Source: a virus. Taken from it: DNA of 64,000 bases. Under the pieces are notes generated by a model. That model did not search any database. It worked only from the letters and a program-made list of their open reading frames with translations, and had not been told where the DNA came from. The position numbers and the translations under genes are program-made. Within the stretch, counting starts at the first letter, position 1, and each line of letters starts with the position of its first letter. The stretch is taken from positions 1 to 64,000 of IMG/VR virus record IMGVR_UViG_3300033562_000225, one strand, 5' to 3'. Shown piece after piece: positions 54,338 to 63,758 of the stretch.

Positions 54338-57300
54338 ATGCCCATATTAAATAAATTATTTGGTGAGTATAAGAACTATCTAGGCCAAGGAGGTACTAAA
54401 GCAGCAGGGTTTCCTCAAACTTATGAGGAATACTCTAAAACTATGTCTTCAGGGGATTTGCAAGCCATATACAGGTATGCTAAGGAGAGATATACCAACG
54501 GAGTCCCTAAGACTTATGCTGACTTCCTATCCACAGTAGACGATGAATTACCTAAAGGAGTAAGCCAGCGTTTAACTCATCACGCTATACAAGCAGCTGG
54601 AAGACAATTAGGAGTTACTCCTAGGGAAACTCCTACAGCCAGACAGGCCACCGAGTCTCTAAAGACTCAAGGAGCCTTACTTACTGAAATGCCTGTAGAG
54701 CAAGATATAGAAACTCCTACAGGAGCACCTAGAGTAGATACTCAAATATCTACAGGATTGGTAGGAGTAGATCCAACAGGCCAACTACCTAAACCAACTA
54801 TAACTACAGGTTTAGATGATGTACTTCCCAAAGTAAGTGTTCCTGAAGAAGGTTCATTTGCTCCTGCACCTGCTAGCGTTCCGTCTCCTACGTTACGTCA
54901 GCCAACCGCTGCGGGTACTATGGTCACCCGTAAAGGTGAGCCCACTACGGCCGAAGATGGTGATCCTACTATCCTAGGAAGAGCGGGAGCAGCCACCGCT
55001 AGAGGAGGGGCCACTACTTTAGATGCAGTAGGAGGGTTCTTCGAGGTTATTACTAACCCTGCTTACTACGCTTCAGAAGCCGTTGAAAAGTACTCCGAAG
55101 TTGTAGGACCAGTGATAGAAGATTTAACCAGTGCTGTAGGTATAGGTGATACTGCTATAGGTAAGGCTATAGGTGTGGTGGCTAAAGGGGCCCCATCAGT
55201 AGCAAGCACATTTAAGAAAGAGGAATACGGTGGAGACCGTTACGCCTCCTTCACAGGTAATAGAGCCTATGTAGAGTCATTGGTTGGGACTCAGACTATG
55301 TCGGACCTATCCATAAAAAATCCTAACATCAAAGCGGCTCTAGTCGGAGTAGAGCAATTAAGCGGTATGGCTTTGGACTTGGCCCTACTGGTGGGTACTA
55401 GGAATCTGACCTCAGCCGAACCTCTTTTGACTAAATTTAGTTTGGGGGCTGAGGAGTTGTTCTATAAGTTTGCTCCTAAGGCTATAAGTACCGTTCCTAA
55501 GGCTGTAGGTAAAATATTTGGCGAAGCAGTCACCACCCCTACGGCCATACGCTCTCTACAAGTAGATTGGATTCAACCCTTCAAGGAGTTCGCTAAGTCT
55601 GACTTTGCAGTATTCTTAGGGGCCAAAGAATCGGCCCTAACTATGCAGGACTCAGATGCTAGTACTCTAGCATCCATAGGTGAAGGTATAAAAGCCTTCG
55701 GGATGGGATACTCCAATGGTTTATTCTTTGAGAAGATAGGGCTTACCCCTGTTAAACTAGCTTCATCTATTGCAGTCAAAACAGGCACACCTATTGCCGG
55801 ATTGGCTACAAACATGATAGGAGCAGGAGGAGTAGGATTCGGGGCTGATATGCTTTTACAAGCAGGTGAGCAAGTAGAGGCTGGGGAGAAGGTAGATCCT
55901 GATTACTATAGGTCGATAGCCGCCGGTGTAGCGTTTGCAGGAGGTACAGTTCTTCATGGTAGAAATATTATAGCCAATACTAGAGCGGGTATTCGTGCTA
56001 AGCAATGGAGCAATCTGATGGAGATGGAGAATAAAACCATAGACTACTGCTTAAATAACGCTTACGATGCACCTACTTTAAACGCTAAGATAGATGATAT
56101 GATGACTAAACGTGATGCTGTTGTTACACGGTTAGAGCGAACTATATCTACTAGTGGTAAGCCTGATGCTGCTTTAGAGAGGACTCTTATGGGTATAGAT
56201 GCCCAAACAAGTGCCTACCGTCAAGTATTACTTACACAGTCCTTTACTAAAGAAATAATACAGAACCCTGATAAGTTCCGTAACGAAATACTAGACAACC
56301 CTAATCTAAAGGCTGAGGTAAAAGACAAATTATGTCAACGCATCGACGCGATAGTACAAGAGTTCGATCCTATCAATGTTGAATCAAGACGTTTACAAAC
56401 TACTATCAACGATTGGCAGTTTGCTAAAACACAACTTGATCCTAATGATCCTATGACGGCTAAGAAATCAGGTATCTACGATAAGCAGATTGCTAAGGCT
56501 GAGGATAGGATGGCTGAACTCTCAGTAGCCCCAACCTACTACTACAAAGGGGAGTTCTATGATACTCACGGAGCTCTAATTGATGCCTTAAACAAGCGTT
56601 ACGTCGACGGTACTTCTTCGGAGGTTATTGTTCGTAACGATCCTCAAGCATCCAAGTTGGTTAATGAGTCTTTGAATCAGCTGCTAGATCGTAAGTTTAA
56701 CGAAGGAGTAAAAGTACAGCAGACACAAGAAATAGCCAAGGCTGAATCACAACCCGAGCGTGACCTAGCCATAACTCAAGCACAGGAACGTTTAAAACTT
56801 CCTACCGAACCTGAATTAATGGTAAGCGATCAAGCCGTGGCTGCCCTCGATCGGGCATTGGCTGGTGAGAGTGCCGATGTAGCCAAAGTTCAAAATGCTT
56901 CTGACCAACTCTATGCTGAGACTAAACGGTTGGAGAAAATGAAAGATGTTGATGGCAGACAGTACACCATCGAGCAAATAGAAACTGCCCAGCGTCAGGC
57001 TTTCGAAGATGTAGCATTTGCCGAGAACTACATCCAAGCAAAGAAGGCAGGAGAAACCATAGATGTTAAAGCCTTACGTGAAGAAGCCAAAGCAACGGCA
57101 GAAGACGCTATAAACGATATCAGAGAACGGAGACAGATTTTGCTGCCTGAATCGGTGAAGGCTAAGTTAAACGCCCCTAAACCCGAAACAGTTCCCGCAG
57201 AAACCGTAGCCAAAGTTGAACCAGTAAAACCTGTAGAAGATGCCAAAAGGGACGAAAGTACACTCGTGCGTCCAGAAGGTGAGCAAGTCCCACCCGAAGG

Positions 57301-60300
57301 GGTCAGCGATAGCAATTTGCCAAAGCCAGACAAAACAAAACTACTCGACAGGCCGACCGCTGAAAAAGAAGTAACCACTTGGGAAGAACTCCCATCATCT
57401 GATTATGTAGTGCTAGGTCCCGAAGGTAAGCCGATGGTGGCCGGAAAGGAACGTCGCGCGGCTATTGCCCGCGAAGAACGCAGCGTACGAGATAAAATGC
57501 TTTCTGACTACAGGCAGGCCAACGAAACCCGCTTGCAGGAGTATCGCGCCCAGGTTGCCGAGGAAAGACTAACCGAATGGAAAAAGGAGAACCCACAGGC
57601 TACCGAAACAGAAGTAGATACCCAGCGTAAAAAGATATCGGAAGAATCTGCTACCGCTACGCTGGCTCGCGCCGGTGCTGGGCTTACGGATGCCGACGTG
57701 CTACTCGGGGCTAGGCTGGCTACGTCCTACCTACGCGAAGGGGTAAAGAAAAGTGCTGACCTATTCAAAGAAGTGTCAGACAACTTACGCGGAGCCCTAG
57801 GACTCGAAATCACCAAGCAGGATTTTAAGCGCATGATGGCTACAGAGATTCCTGAGATTGGTCAGGCTCCTAAGGAAGCAGTTAAAACTTTATTCGGGGA
57901 GGCTGCCAAGTCTACTGTTAAGCGTCAAATCGAGGAAATAACTGGTATCAGAAGAAAGCCAGAAGTAGCCGTTTTAGACAATCTAAAAGAAGCAAGGGCT
58001 AGATATAAGGAACAGGAGAAAGTTGCTTCTGATGCCCTCAAAATAGGTGTTAAAGAGGGTAAACTAGAGATGAAGGAGGCTGCCTTCGATAAGCAAGGTT
58101 ACCGCGATCAACTCAACCAGTGGGTATCGGATAATAAGAAGGAAATCCAACAGGTAAATCCCGAGTTGACTCCGGCCATCTTACGAGCAGTAAACAACGT
58201 GAATAGTTGGTATACTCTTGATAGAGGATTAAAGCAAATCAAGAAGGCTATTTCAGATAAGACCTATGCAGATAACCTAATCACTCAAGACAAGTTATTC
58301 AAACAGGTTGAAAAGAATCTATCCCACGAAGGCAAGAGTAAGTTCGGCACCGCTCAAGGAGAAGTGGCCGACTTCCTACGTATCGATCCTAGTTCTTTAC
58401 CTACTGAACTTCGAGGGAAGTACGACACCTTGCTAGAGTCCATGGCAGCCAAGGCTACCGAAGTGCCTTATGACCCGTTCCAGCTAAAGCAATTCCTGGA
58501 TAACGCCAAAGTTCACGTCGACGAAGGTTATGCTGCTTATCGTGCTAAACTTGTAGATAAGGCTGTAGCCAAGGAACTAGCAGCAAAGGATGTGGATAAG
58601 AAAATGACTGCCAACGAGCGCGAGGTAGCGAAGAGAGACATTTACTCTACCTTAGCCAAAACGGCTATTGAAGGACTAAAATTTAAGAAGGGTAAAGTAA
58701 CCACAGGAGAAAAATTAATCAACGAGGTTACCCAATATTCTAAAGAGGAGTTGATGCGCTTGCCTTCTTCCACTCTATCGCGTCTCCCGTTTATGGTGGA
58801 TAAGATGGCTGTAGGTGTTGTGCCTTCTCGTCTATACCAAGATGTATTAAGACCTGTTAGATCATACAAGGCTGCTGATACTATTATGAAGGCTTTCGGT
58901 ATGAAATTACGTCCAGTACTAGAAGAATTGGATTCTAAGATTGGGGCTGTACGGGAGCAACTAGAAGTAGACATGCAGGGTAAAGGGCTAAGTTGGTTCC
59001 AGCAAATGAGGCTTAAAGATGCCTTACTCAACAAGCCTAGGTATCTACTTGACTCCATATTTAAAGGGGCTAAAGGATCGCGCACCTTCTATGATAATAT
59101 CCTATCTAATTCTGCTTTTAGTAAAACAAGAGCCGAGGCCGATGCAACCCGTGCCAAAATAAGTGCAACTAATTTATGGGGTAAAGCATACAGAGCAAGA
59201 GAAAAAGTAGGAGATAACCGGTTCGATAGTGGTTTTATTTCTACACTATACTCCAAAGCATTAGAATATGAATCCAACAAAGGATTAAAAGGGGCCCATT
59301 CCCCCCAAGATTATTTCTCTCAGTTGGTAGACTACCGTAAGTCTTATGGAGTATATACCGAGCAGAATACCATCCGTATGCGTGAACTGTGGAACAAGAT
59401 GCAGGATGCTAACGGAGACGTGACTGCTGCTTCCATTAAGAAGTTAATGCTTCCCGAAGAAACCGCTGCTGTAGACTACATGCGTAAATGGTACGATAGT
59501 GAGGGTATAGAAAAAACTAGGGAAGCCGAGGTAATGTACCGAGGTGGTGCTTTAGATACTTACGAAAACTATAGTCATAACTTCGTAGTTAATGGCAACA
59601 ACATGGTCGATCCTGCTGCTTTCGTAGAGCAGATATTCGGCGGAACTCCTGCATCCAATATGTCGGTACGTAGTGCTACCACGCATGCCCGAAGTGGACA
59701 AACCGGAGTAATAAGTATCGATCCTATTGCTACCTTCAATCGTGCAGTAGACTCTACCTATTACGACTATCACATGACTCCGGCCATCCAGGAGGCTTTA
59801 GGAGCCTTTAAGGTAATGTCGGATATGGCTACTGATAAATCCTTCCGGGATTCCCTGCTAATGATAGAGAATGCCTATAAAGGGGATATTACTATAGCCT
59901 TTGAGAATACCATGAGGCAGACTACCAATATGGATAAGATAATGAATGCTATGGGTGGGGCGTTCTACTCCGGGGCGTTATCTTCAATACGTCGTATCCC
60001 CCAAGAATTTTTATCTAACTTATCATCAGCCATAATTTATGACCCTGTTTCTTTTTATGAAGGGTCAAGAGCCATTATGGATCATCAGACTGCTAAAGCA
60101 GCCGAATCTACTTCTATGAGTTCTGGTTATGAGCCTTTATTTGACTTTGCTGGTGTAACCAATAGGTTCCGTAGGAATGTAGAGGATGCTCAACGTTTGT
60201 TCAACGATACTAACATGGCCGGTAGTACTATTAGAACAGGCAAATGGGATAGGACCATAGATACTATAACCAATAACAAGGTTAAAAATACCTTCGATAC

Positions 60301-61369
60301 TTTTAACAAATCAGTTATATCTCTGTCGGATGACGTTGTAGGTACTAGATTCTTTGTAGGCAAGTTCCGACGTGAGTATGAAAAACTTGCTGGTGAGAAA
60401 TTCGATAATGAAAAATTCAATACTGATGAAAATTATCGTTTTGATAATGAGCAAAATATTAAGCAAGCAGCAGCCGAAGCCTCTTTCCATACTAACCTAA
60501 TGACCAATACAGCTAACTCCCTTGAAGGCATTCAAGCATTAAAGGTTAGGGGCACCTCCGGAGCCCAAGTATTCCGGGATATAAACAATACCCTCTCCGG
60601 ATTCTCCAGGCACGAAGCGGCTGTTATGACCACCTCCCTACGGTCATTAACTGGTAATGGGTCGTTGTCTGCTCAACAGGCCTGGGCTCTATTTGCCTCG
60701 GTTACCACTAGGAATATTGTTTACAATACCGTGCTAGAGTTTGGGGCTCGTGCAGCATGGGCCGGAGTAGATGATGATTATTCTGTATCAAATGCTGTTT
60801 ATGACGTGTTTGGCAAAGACCAATTAGCCAGGCAAGTTGCAGGGGCTTGGCTACAGATTGGGATAGGGTCACGAGGGAACTTACTTCGTATGCCTCTACA
60901 GTTTGGGTTAAGCAAAGCCAACCAGTATGTAACTGAGCATTGGCTAGGTCAAGAGTTCGATCCTGAAAAACATAAATTAGGTATGGAAGGCCCTGACATA
61001 GTTAACGCTACTAGCAGCCTATACAATGCGGCTAGACAATTAGGTCCTTATCAAATGCCAGTTAACCTAGCCATAGAAGGGGCCAAACTAACTAAGACTC
61101 TTGCCACCTCTTCTGATGAGCAAGCAGAAAACGAGAAGTGGTCGGCTCTAAACTCTATGATTTGGTCTACACAAAAGACTTTACTTCCTCTGCCTTTCCA
61201 ACGTGATATGGAAGGCGTTATGAAGCAAAGCATGGATGCTATGGAGGCTACAGGAGACCTTAAAGGTATATTTGAGGAGGGTAGAATATCTAAAGCATTT
61301 GTTGGAGCCAAGAGAACTGAACAGATTCAGCAGCAGATGGAGGAAGCCAAACTTCGTAATAAGGAGTAG
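54338..61369 (+). CDS. giant virion protein (2343 aa), ejection/internal core protein candidate
   Basis: An uninterrupted 7-kb ORF. Gly/Ala-rich hydrophobic stretches lie near aa 330-560 and a long K/E/A-rich charged region in the middle. It is the last structural gene before the lysis cassette. Confidence 0.6.
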   Translation: MPILNKLFGEYKNYLGQGGTKAAGFPQTYEEYSKTMSSGDLQAIYRYAKERYTNGVPKTYADFLSTVDDELPKGVSQRLTHHAIQAAGRQLGVTPRETPTARQATESLKTQGALLTEMPVEQDIETPTGAPRVDTQISTGLVGVDPTGQLPKPTITTGLDDVLPKVSVPEEGSFAPAPASVPSPTLRQPTAAGTMVTRKGEPTTAEDGDPTILGRAGAATARGGATTLDAVGGFFEVITNPAYYASEAVEKYSEVVGPVIEDLTSAVGIGDTAIGKAIGVVAKGAPSVASTFKKEEYGGDRYASFTGNRAYVESLVGTQTMSDLSIKNPNIKAALVGVEQLSGMALDLALLVGTRNLTSAEPLLTKFSLGAEELFYKFAPKAISTVPKAVGKIFGEAVTTPTAIRSLQVDWIQPFKEFAKSDFAVFLGAKESALTMQDSDASTLASIGEGIKAFGMGYSNGLFFEKIGLTPVKLASSIAVKTGTPIAGLATNMIGAGGVGFGADMLLQAGEQVEAGEKVDPDYYRSIAAGVAFAGGTVLHGRNIIANTRAGIRAKQWSNLMEMENKTIDYCLNNAYDAPTLNAKIDDMMTKRDAVVTRLERTISTSGKPDAALERTLMGIDAQTSAYRQVLLTQSFTKEIIQNPDKFRNEILDNPNLKAEVKDKLCQRIDAIVQEFDPINVESRRLQTTINDWQFAKTQLDPNDPMTAKKSGIYDKQIAKAEDRMAELSVAPTYYYKGEFYDTHGALIDALNKRYVDGTSSEVIVRNDPQASKLVNESLNQLLDRKFNEGVKVQQTQEIAKAESQPERDLAITQAQERLKLPTEPELMVSDQAVAALDRALAGESADVAKVQNASDQLYAETKRLEKMKDVDGRQYTIEQIETAQRQAFEDVAFAENYIQAKKAGETIDVKALREEAKATAEDAINDIRERRQILLPESVKAKLNAPKPETVPAETVAKVEPVKPVEDAKRDESTLVRPEGEQVPPEGVSDSNLPKPDKTKLLDRPTAEKEVTTWEELPSSDYVVLGPEGKPMVAGKERRAAIAREERSVRDKMLSDYRQANETRLQEYRAQVAEERLTEWKKENPQATETEVDTQRKKISEESATATLARAGAGLTDADVLLGARLATSYLREGVKKSADLFKEVSDNLRGALGLEITKQDFKRMMATEIPEIGQAPKEAVKTLFGEAAKSTVKRQIEEITGIRRKPEVAVLDNLKEARARYKEQEKVASDALKIGVKEGKLEMKEAAFDKQGYRDQLNQWVSDNKKEIQQVNPELTPAILRAVNNVNSWYTLDRGLKQIKKAISDKTYADNLITQDKLFKQVEKNLSHEGKSKFGTAQGEVADFLRIDPSSLPTELRGKYDTLLESMAAKATEVPYDPFQLKQFLDNAKVHVDEGYAAYRAKLVDKAVAKELAAKDVDKKMTANEREVAKRDIYSTLAKTAIEGLKFKKGKVTTGEKLINEVTQYSKEELMRLPSSTLSRLPFMVDKMAVGVVPSRLYQDVLRPVRSYKAADTIMKAFGMKLRPVLEELDSKIGAVREQLEVDMQGKGLSWFQQMRLKDALLNKPRYLLDSIFKGAKGSRTFYDNILSNSAFSKTRAEADATRAKISATNLWGKAYRAREKVGDNRFDSGFISTLYSKALEYESNKGLKGAHSPQDYFSQLVDYRKSYGVYTEQNTIRMRELWNKMQDANGDVTAASIKKLMLPEETAAVDYMRKWYDSEGIEKTREAEVMYRGGALDTYENYSHNFVVNGNNMVDPAAFVEQIFGGTPASNMSVRSATTHARSGQTGVISIDPIATFNRAVDSTYYDYHMTPAIQEALGAFKVMSDMATDKSFRDSLLMIENAYKGDITIAFENTMRQTTNMDKIMNAMGGAFYSGALSSIRRIPQEFLSNLSSAIIYDPVSFYEGSRAIMDHQTAKAAESTSMSSGYEPLFDFAGVTNRFRRNVEDAQRLFNDTNMAGSTIRTGKWDRTIDTITNNKVKNTFDTFNKSVISLSDDVVGTRFFVGKFRREYEKLAGEKFDNEKFNTDENYRFDNEQNIKQAAAEASFHTNLMTNTANSLEGIQALKVRGTSGAQVFRDINNTLSGFSRHEAAVMTTSLRSLTGNGSLSAQQAWALFASVTTRNIVYNTVLEFGARAAWAGVDDDYSVSNAVYDVFGKDQLARQVAGAWLQIGIGSRGNLLRMPLQFGLSKANQYVTEHWLGQEFDPEKHKLGMEGPDIVNATSSLYNAARQLGPYQMPVNLAIEGAKLTKTLATSSDEQAENEKWSALNSMIWSTQKTLLPLPFQRDMEGVMKQSMDAMEATGDLKGIFEEGRISKAFVGAKRTEQIQQQMEEAKLRNKE

Positions 61370-61423
61370 TTGTAATTCTTCATAAAAATAGTTAATTTAG
61401 GGGAAACAAAACAACCCTATTGT

Positions 61424-61843
61424 ATGGACTTTATTTTACACACAGTCGCTAAGAAGCCTACCTACACTATAGGTAGGCTATTCTTGTTGAAAGATGGGAA
61501 AGAGGAGTATTTATGTGACACGCTAGAGGACACCGTTAGAGAACTGACAAAGTTGTCTGATAAAGTACCAGGAAAAACGGCTATCCCTAGAGGGAAGTAC
61601 TCGTTATCCTTGACCTATAGTAACCGGTTTAAACGGTTCCTACCTCTTATCGAAGACGTTCCTTTTTTCTCAGGTATTCGAATACATGCAGGTAACTCCG
61701 ATGTGGATACGGAAGGTTGCCTATTGGTAGGAAAAAACAAAACCGTAGGAACTGTATCCAAATCCGTTTACACTCTGGAGTGTGTCATACTCCCGCTGTT
61801 TAGGACGTATAGTTCTGAGAAACACTCAATACTAATATGTTAA
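61424..61843 (+). CDS. DUF5675-like protein, candidate cell-wall hydrolase (YkuD-like His...Gly-Cys motif)
   Basis: TIGRLFL...CDTLED...GKTAIPRGKY...GIRIHAGNSDVDTEGCLLVG. The family assignment is from memory. It lies directly upstream of holin-like genes. Confidence 0.5.
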   Translation: MDFILHTVAKKPTYTIGRLFLLKDGKEEYLCDTLEDTVRELTKLSDKVPGKTAIPRGKYSLSLTYSNRFKRFLPLIEDVPFFSGIRIHAGNSDVDTEGCLLVGKNKTVGTVSKSVYTLECVILPLFRTYSSEKHSILIC

Positions 61844-62172
61844 ACCGACTAGAACCCCAAACCCTACAACTCCTACTCGTGATTACTTCCCTGATCGTAT
61901 TCATTTTGGGTACCCTGTTTGCTATAATTGGGTACTTCATCAAGCAGTTTATCAAGACTGTTAACTCCTCTATTAGGGCTATTACTGATTCTCTCAGAGA
62001 ACTCACAGCAGCCGTACAGTCTGTTCAGCTTGTTACACGGGAGTGGAATACGTCTAACCTGTCTGAGCACAACGAGTTTAAAAAGACCCTAACAGAGCAT
62101 TCAGAAAAACTGTCCGACCATGCTGTTATTCTCGGCCGGCATAGTGAAATACTTAAATCTGCAAAATCATGA
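61837..62172 (+). CDS. holin-like/lysis-associated membrane protein (1 TM + coiled coil)
   Basis: The TM segment is LLLVITSLIVFILGTLFAIIGYF. Overlaps both neighbours. Confidence 0.45.
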   Translation: MLNRLEPQTLQLLLVITSLIVFILGTLFAIIGYFIKQFIKTVNSSIRAITDSLRELTAAVQSVQLVTREWNTSNLSEHNEFKKTLTEHSEKLSDHAVILGRHSEILKSAKS

Positions 62173-62384
62173 AAGAGTTAATTCGTAGATGGAAAGCGTC
62201 TACACCCAAGTTTTGGAAAAAGGTAATCCATTTTATGGTAACCGTGGCCACTGTCTGCACCGCTGGGCTAGCCTTAACACAGGTTCCTGGCTTCGAGGTT
62301 GACCCTGTTGTTACTAAATGCTTATCCTACGTACTACTTGCCAGCGTCCTATGTGGAGCACAAGCTAAACTTACCGAAGCGTGA
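62169..62384 (+). CDS. holin candidate (2 TM, 71 aa)
   Basis: Two hydrophobic segments (VIHFMVTVATVCTAGLAL, CLSYVLLASVLCGA). 4-nt overlaps on both sides. Confidence 0.45.
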   Translation: MKELIRRWKASTPKFWKKVIHFMVTVATVCTAGLALTQVPGFEVDPVVTKCLSYVLLASVLCGAQAKLTEA

Positions 62385-63001
62385 GAAAGTATCTTATAAT
62401 TTTACTAGGCCTATTCCTTATTGGGGTAGGCCTACTCTTCTCCGATTGGTTGGCCCAACGGAAAGAGGTTTCTCGCCTTACGATTAACCTTTCACAAGTC
62501 GAGGTGAAGTATAAAACCACCACCGGTTTAGTTGCTTCCCAGACGGTAACCCTAGAGGCTACTCAGAAAGAGTTGAAGAGGGTGTCTAAAAAGTCTTCTG
62601 AACAACTCAGCGACTATGACAAGAAGTTGAAGACTGCTTATGACGATATAAAGGCTTTGAAGTTGAAACCGCCCCAAGTAATCACCTACACTAAGATAGT
62701 AACAGTTTCTAACGATTCAGGTTTAGTGTCTAGGGATTCAATAGTCAAATTCCCTTTACTCATTAATCGTAAACATTACAGGATCGAACTGTACCGTGAT
62801 AAAGGCACCATACAGCACCGACATTCCTACTGGAACAATACAAGCGTAGTGCTGAGTAGGGAAAGGTATTTTAAGGACGGTACGCGTATCAAACATGCGA
62901 AATGGTACTTCTGGAAGTCTTGGAAACATACCACTACAACCGTATGTGATGACTCAAGTGCAGTATCCAATATTTCAGTAAGTGTTAACTTTAGTCAATA
63001 A
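62381..63001 (+). CDS. N-terminally anchored periplasmic protein, spanin-like candidate
   Basis: The signal anchor is YLIILLGLFLIGVGLLF. Last gene of the lysis cluster, followed by a strong terminator. Confidence 0.4.
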   Translation: MRKYLIILLGLFLIGVGLLFSDWLAQRKEVSRLTINLSQVEVKYKTTTGLVASQTVTLEATQKELKRVSKKSSEQLSDYDKKLKTAYDDIKALKLKPPQVITYTKIVTVSNDSGLVSRDSIVKFPLLINRKHYRIELYRDKGTIQHRHSYWNNTSVVLSRERYFKDGTRIKHAKWYFWKSWKHTTTTVCDDSSAVSNISVSVNFSQ

Positions 63002-63042
63002 AACCCATAATATTTGTGTGGTAAATAATTTATACTTAGATT

Positions 63043-63071
63043 TGCCCTTACAATAACGTAAGGGCATTTTT
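63043..63071 (+). terminator. intrinsic terminator ending the late operon
   Basis: 9-bp stem tgcccttac (63043-63051) / gtaagggca (63058-63066), 6-nt loop, then TTTTT. Confidence 0.8.
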
Positions 63072-63084
63072 AATTAGATAAGAT

Positions 63085-63267
63085 TTGATTATGGCATATG
63101 CAGCAGTAGACCAAGATGGGACAGAATGTTTATATAACTATGAGCCTTATAGAACCGATAATGGTTGGAATGAAGAGGAGGGTTGTGTGGAACTTCCTAA
63201 AGGAGTCATAGAAAAACTCATAGGCAGGAAAATTACTTGGGACGACGAACCAGTAGAACTCAAGTAA
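63085..63267 (+). CDS. hypothetical protein
   Basis: ORF track. The track start is a TTG. ATG at 63091 (MAYAAVDQ) is more likely. Confidence 0.4.
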   Translation: MIMAYAAVDQDGTECLYNYEPYRTDNGWNEEEGCVELPKGVIEKLIGRKITWDDEPVELK

Positions 63268-63287
63268 AGGTAAAATACGTTAAAGGA

Positions 63288-63319
63288 TTTGTACGTGTCA
63301 GAACATTATAATATGTTTG
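63288..63319 (+). promoter_or_regulatory. Bacteroidota-type promoter (TTTG-N20-TATGTTTG)
   Basis: TTTG at 63288-63291 and TATGTTTG at 63312-63319, with a 20-nt spacer. The -7 octamer is identical to the one at 34903-34910. Confidence 0.6.
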
Positions 63320-63326
63320 TACAGCA

Positions 63327-63411
63327 AGGTGAGAGTTGCACAAAAGTATTGGTGTAAAAACCTTAAAGGTCGTTTGGAGTGTCTCTCACCACTTCACTCG
63401 ACCTTTTCAAT
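63327..63411 (+). promoter_or_regulatory. structured 5' leader RNA, copy B
   Basis: Hairpin 63365-63406 (8 bp outer stem, 2x2 internal loop, 7 bp inner stem, 8-nt loop tctctcac) followed by TTTTCAATTT. The loop plus one nt (63383-63390) is complementary to 63328-63335. Confidence 0.55.
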
Positions 63412-63441
63412 TTATTGGACTAGATTATTAAACTCATTGTC

Positions 63442-63747
63442 ATGGAGAATTTTGCTACGATTAGGATGGAACTAGACTTACAAGCACAACGTGTTATTCA
63501 TCAATACATGGTGGATAATGCTAAAATATCAGAAGAAGTAACCAGAGGTATTAAAGAGGCCTTTGATTCTTTTGATATTGCTGAGGCTATTAGAAAAGAA
63601 GTTTCCCACTGCTTACAAGAAGCTGTACGTGGGTCAGGTAATTGGAGTACCTTACGGGCCACTATACAGAAAAAAATGGATATAGTGGTTGAAGAGCATA
63701 TTGAGAAAACCTTAGAGTCTCTTAAAGAGTCTTTAAAGACTCTTTAA
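63442..63747 (+). CDS. hypothetical protein
   Basis: ORF track. First gene after leader copy B. Confidence 0.5.
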   Translation: MENFATIRMELDLQAQRVIHQYMVDNAKISEEVTRGIKEAFDSFDIAEAIRKEVSHCLQEAVRGSGNWSTLRATIQKKMDIVVEEHIEKTLESLKESLKTL

Positions 63748-63758
63748 AGTAGGCCTTA

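Noticed and set aside
54338-61369. Possible virion-packaged RNA polymerase (N4 or crAss-like) within the 2343-aa protein.
   Set aside because: No DxDGD/DFDGD or DxDxD catalytic motif was seen. The only near match is EDGD around aa 204, in a low-complexity P/T/G-rich region, and I recognised no T7-like polymerase motifs. The question stays open only for structure-based searches.
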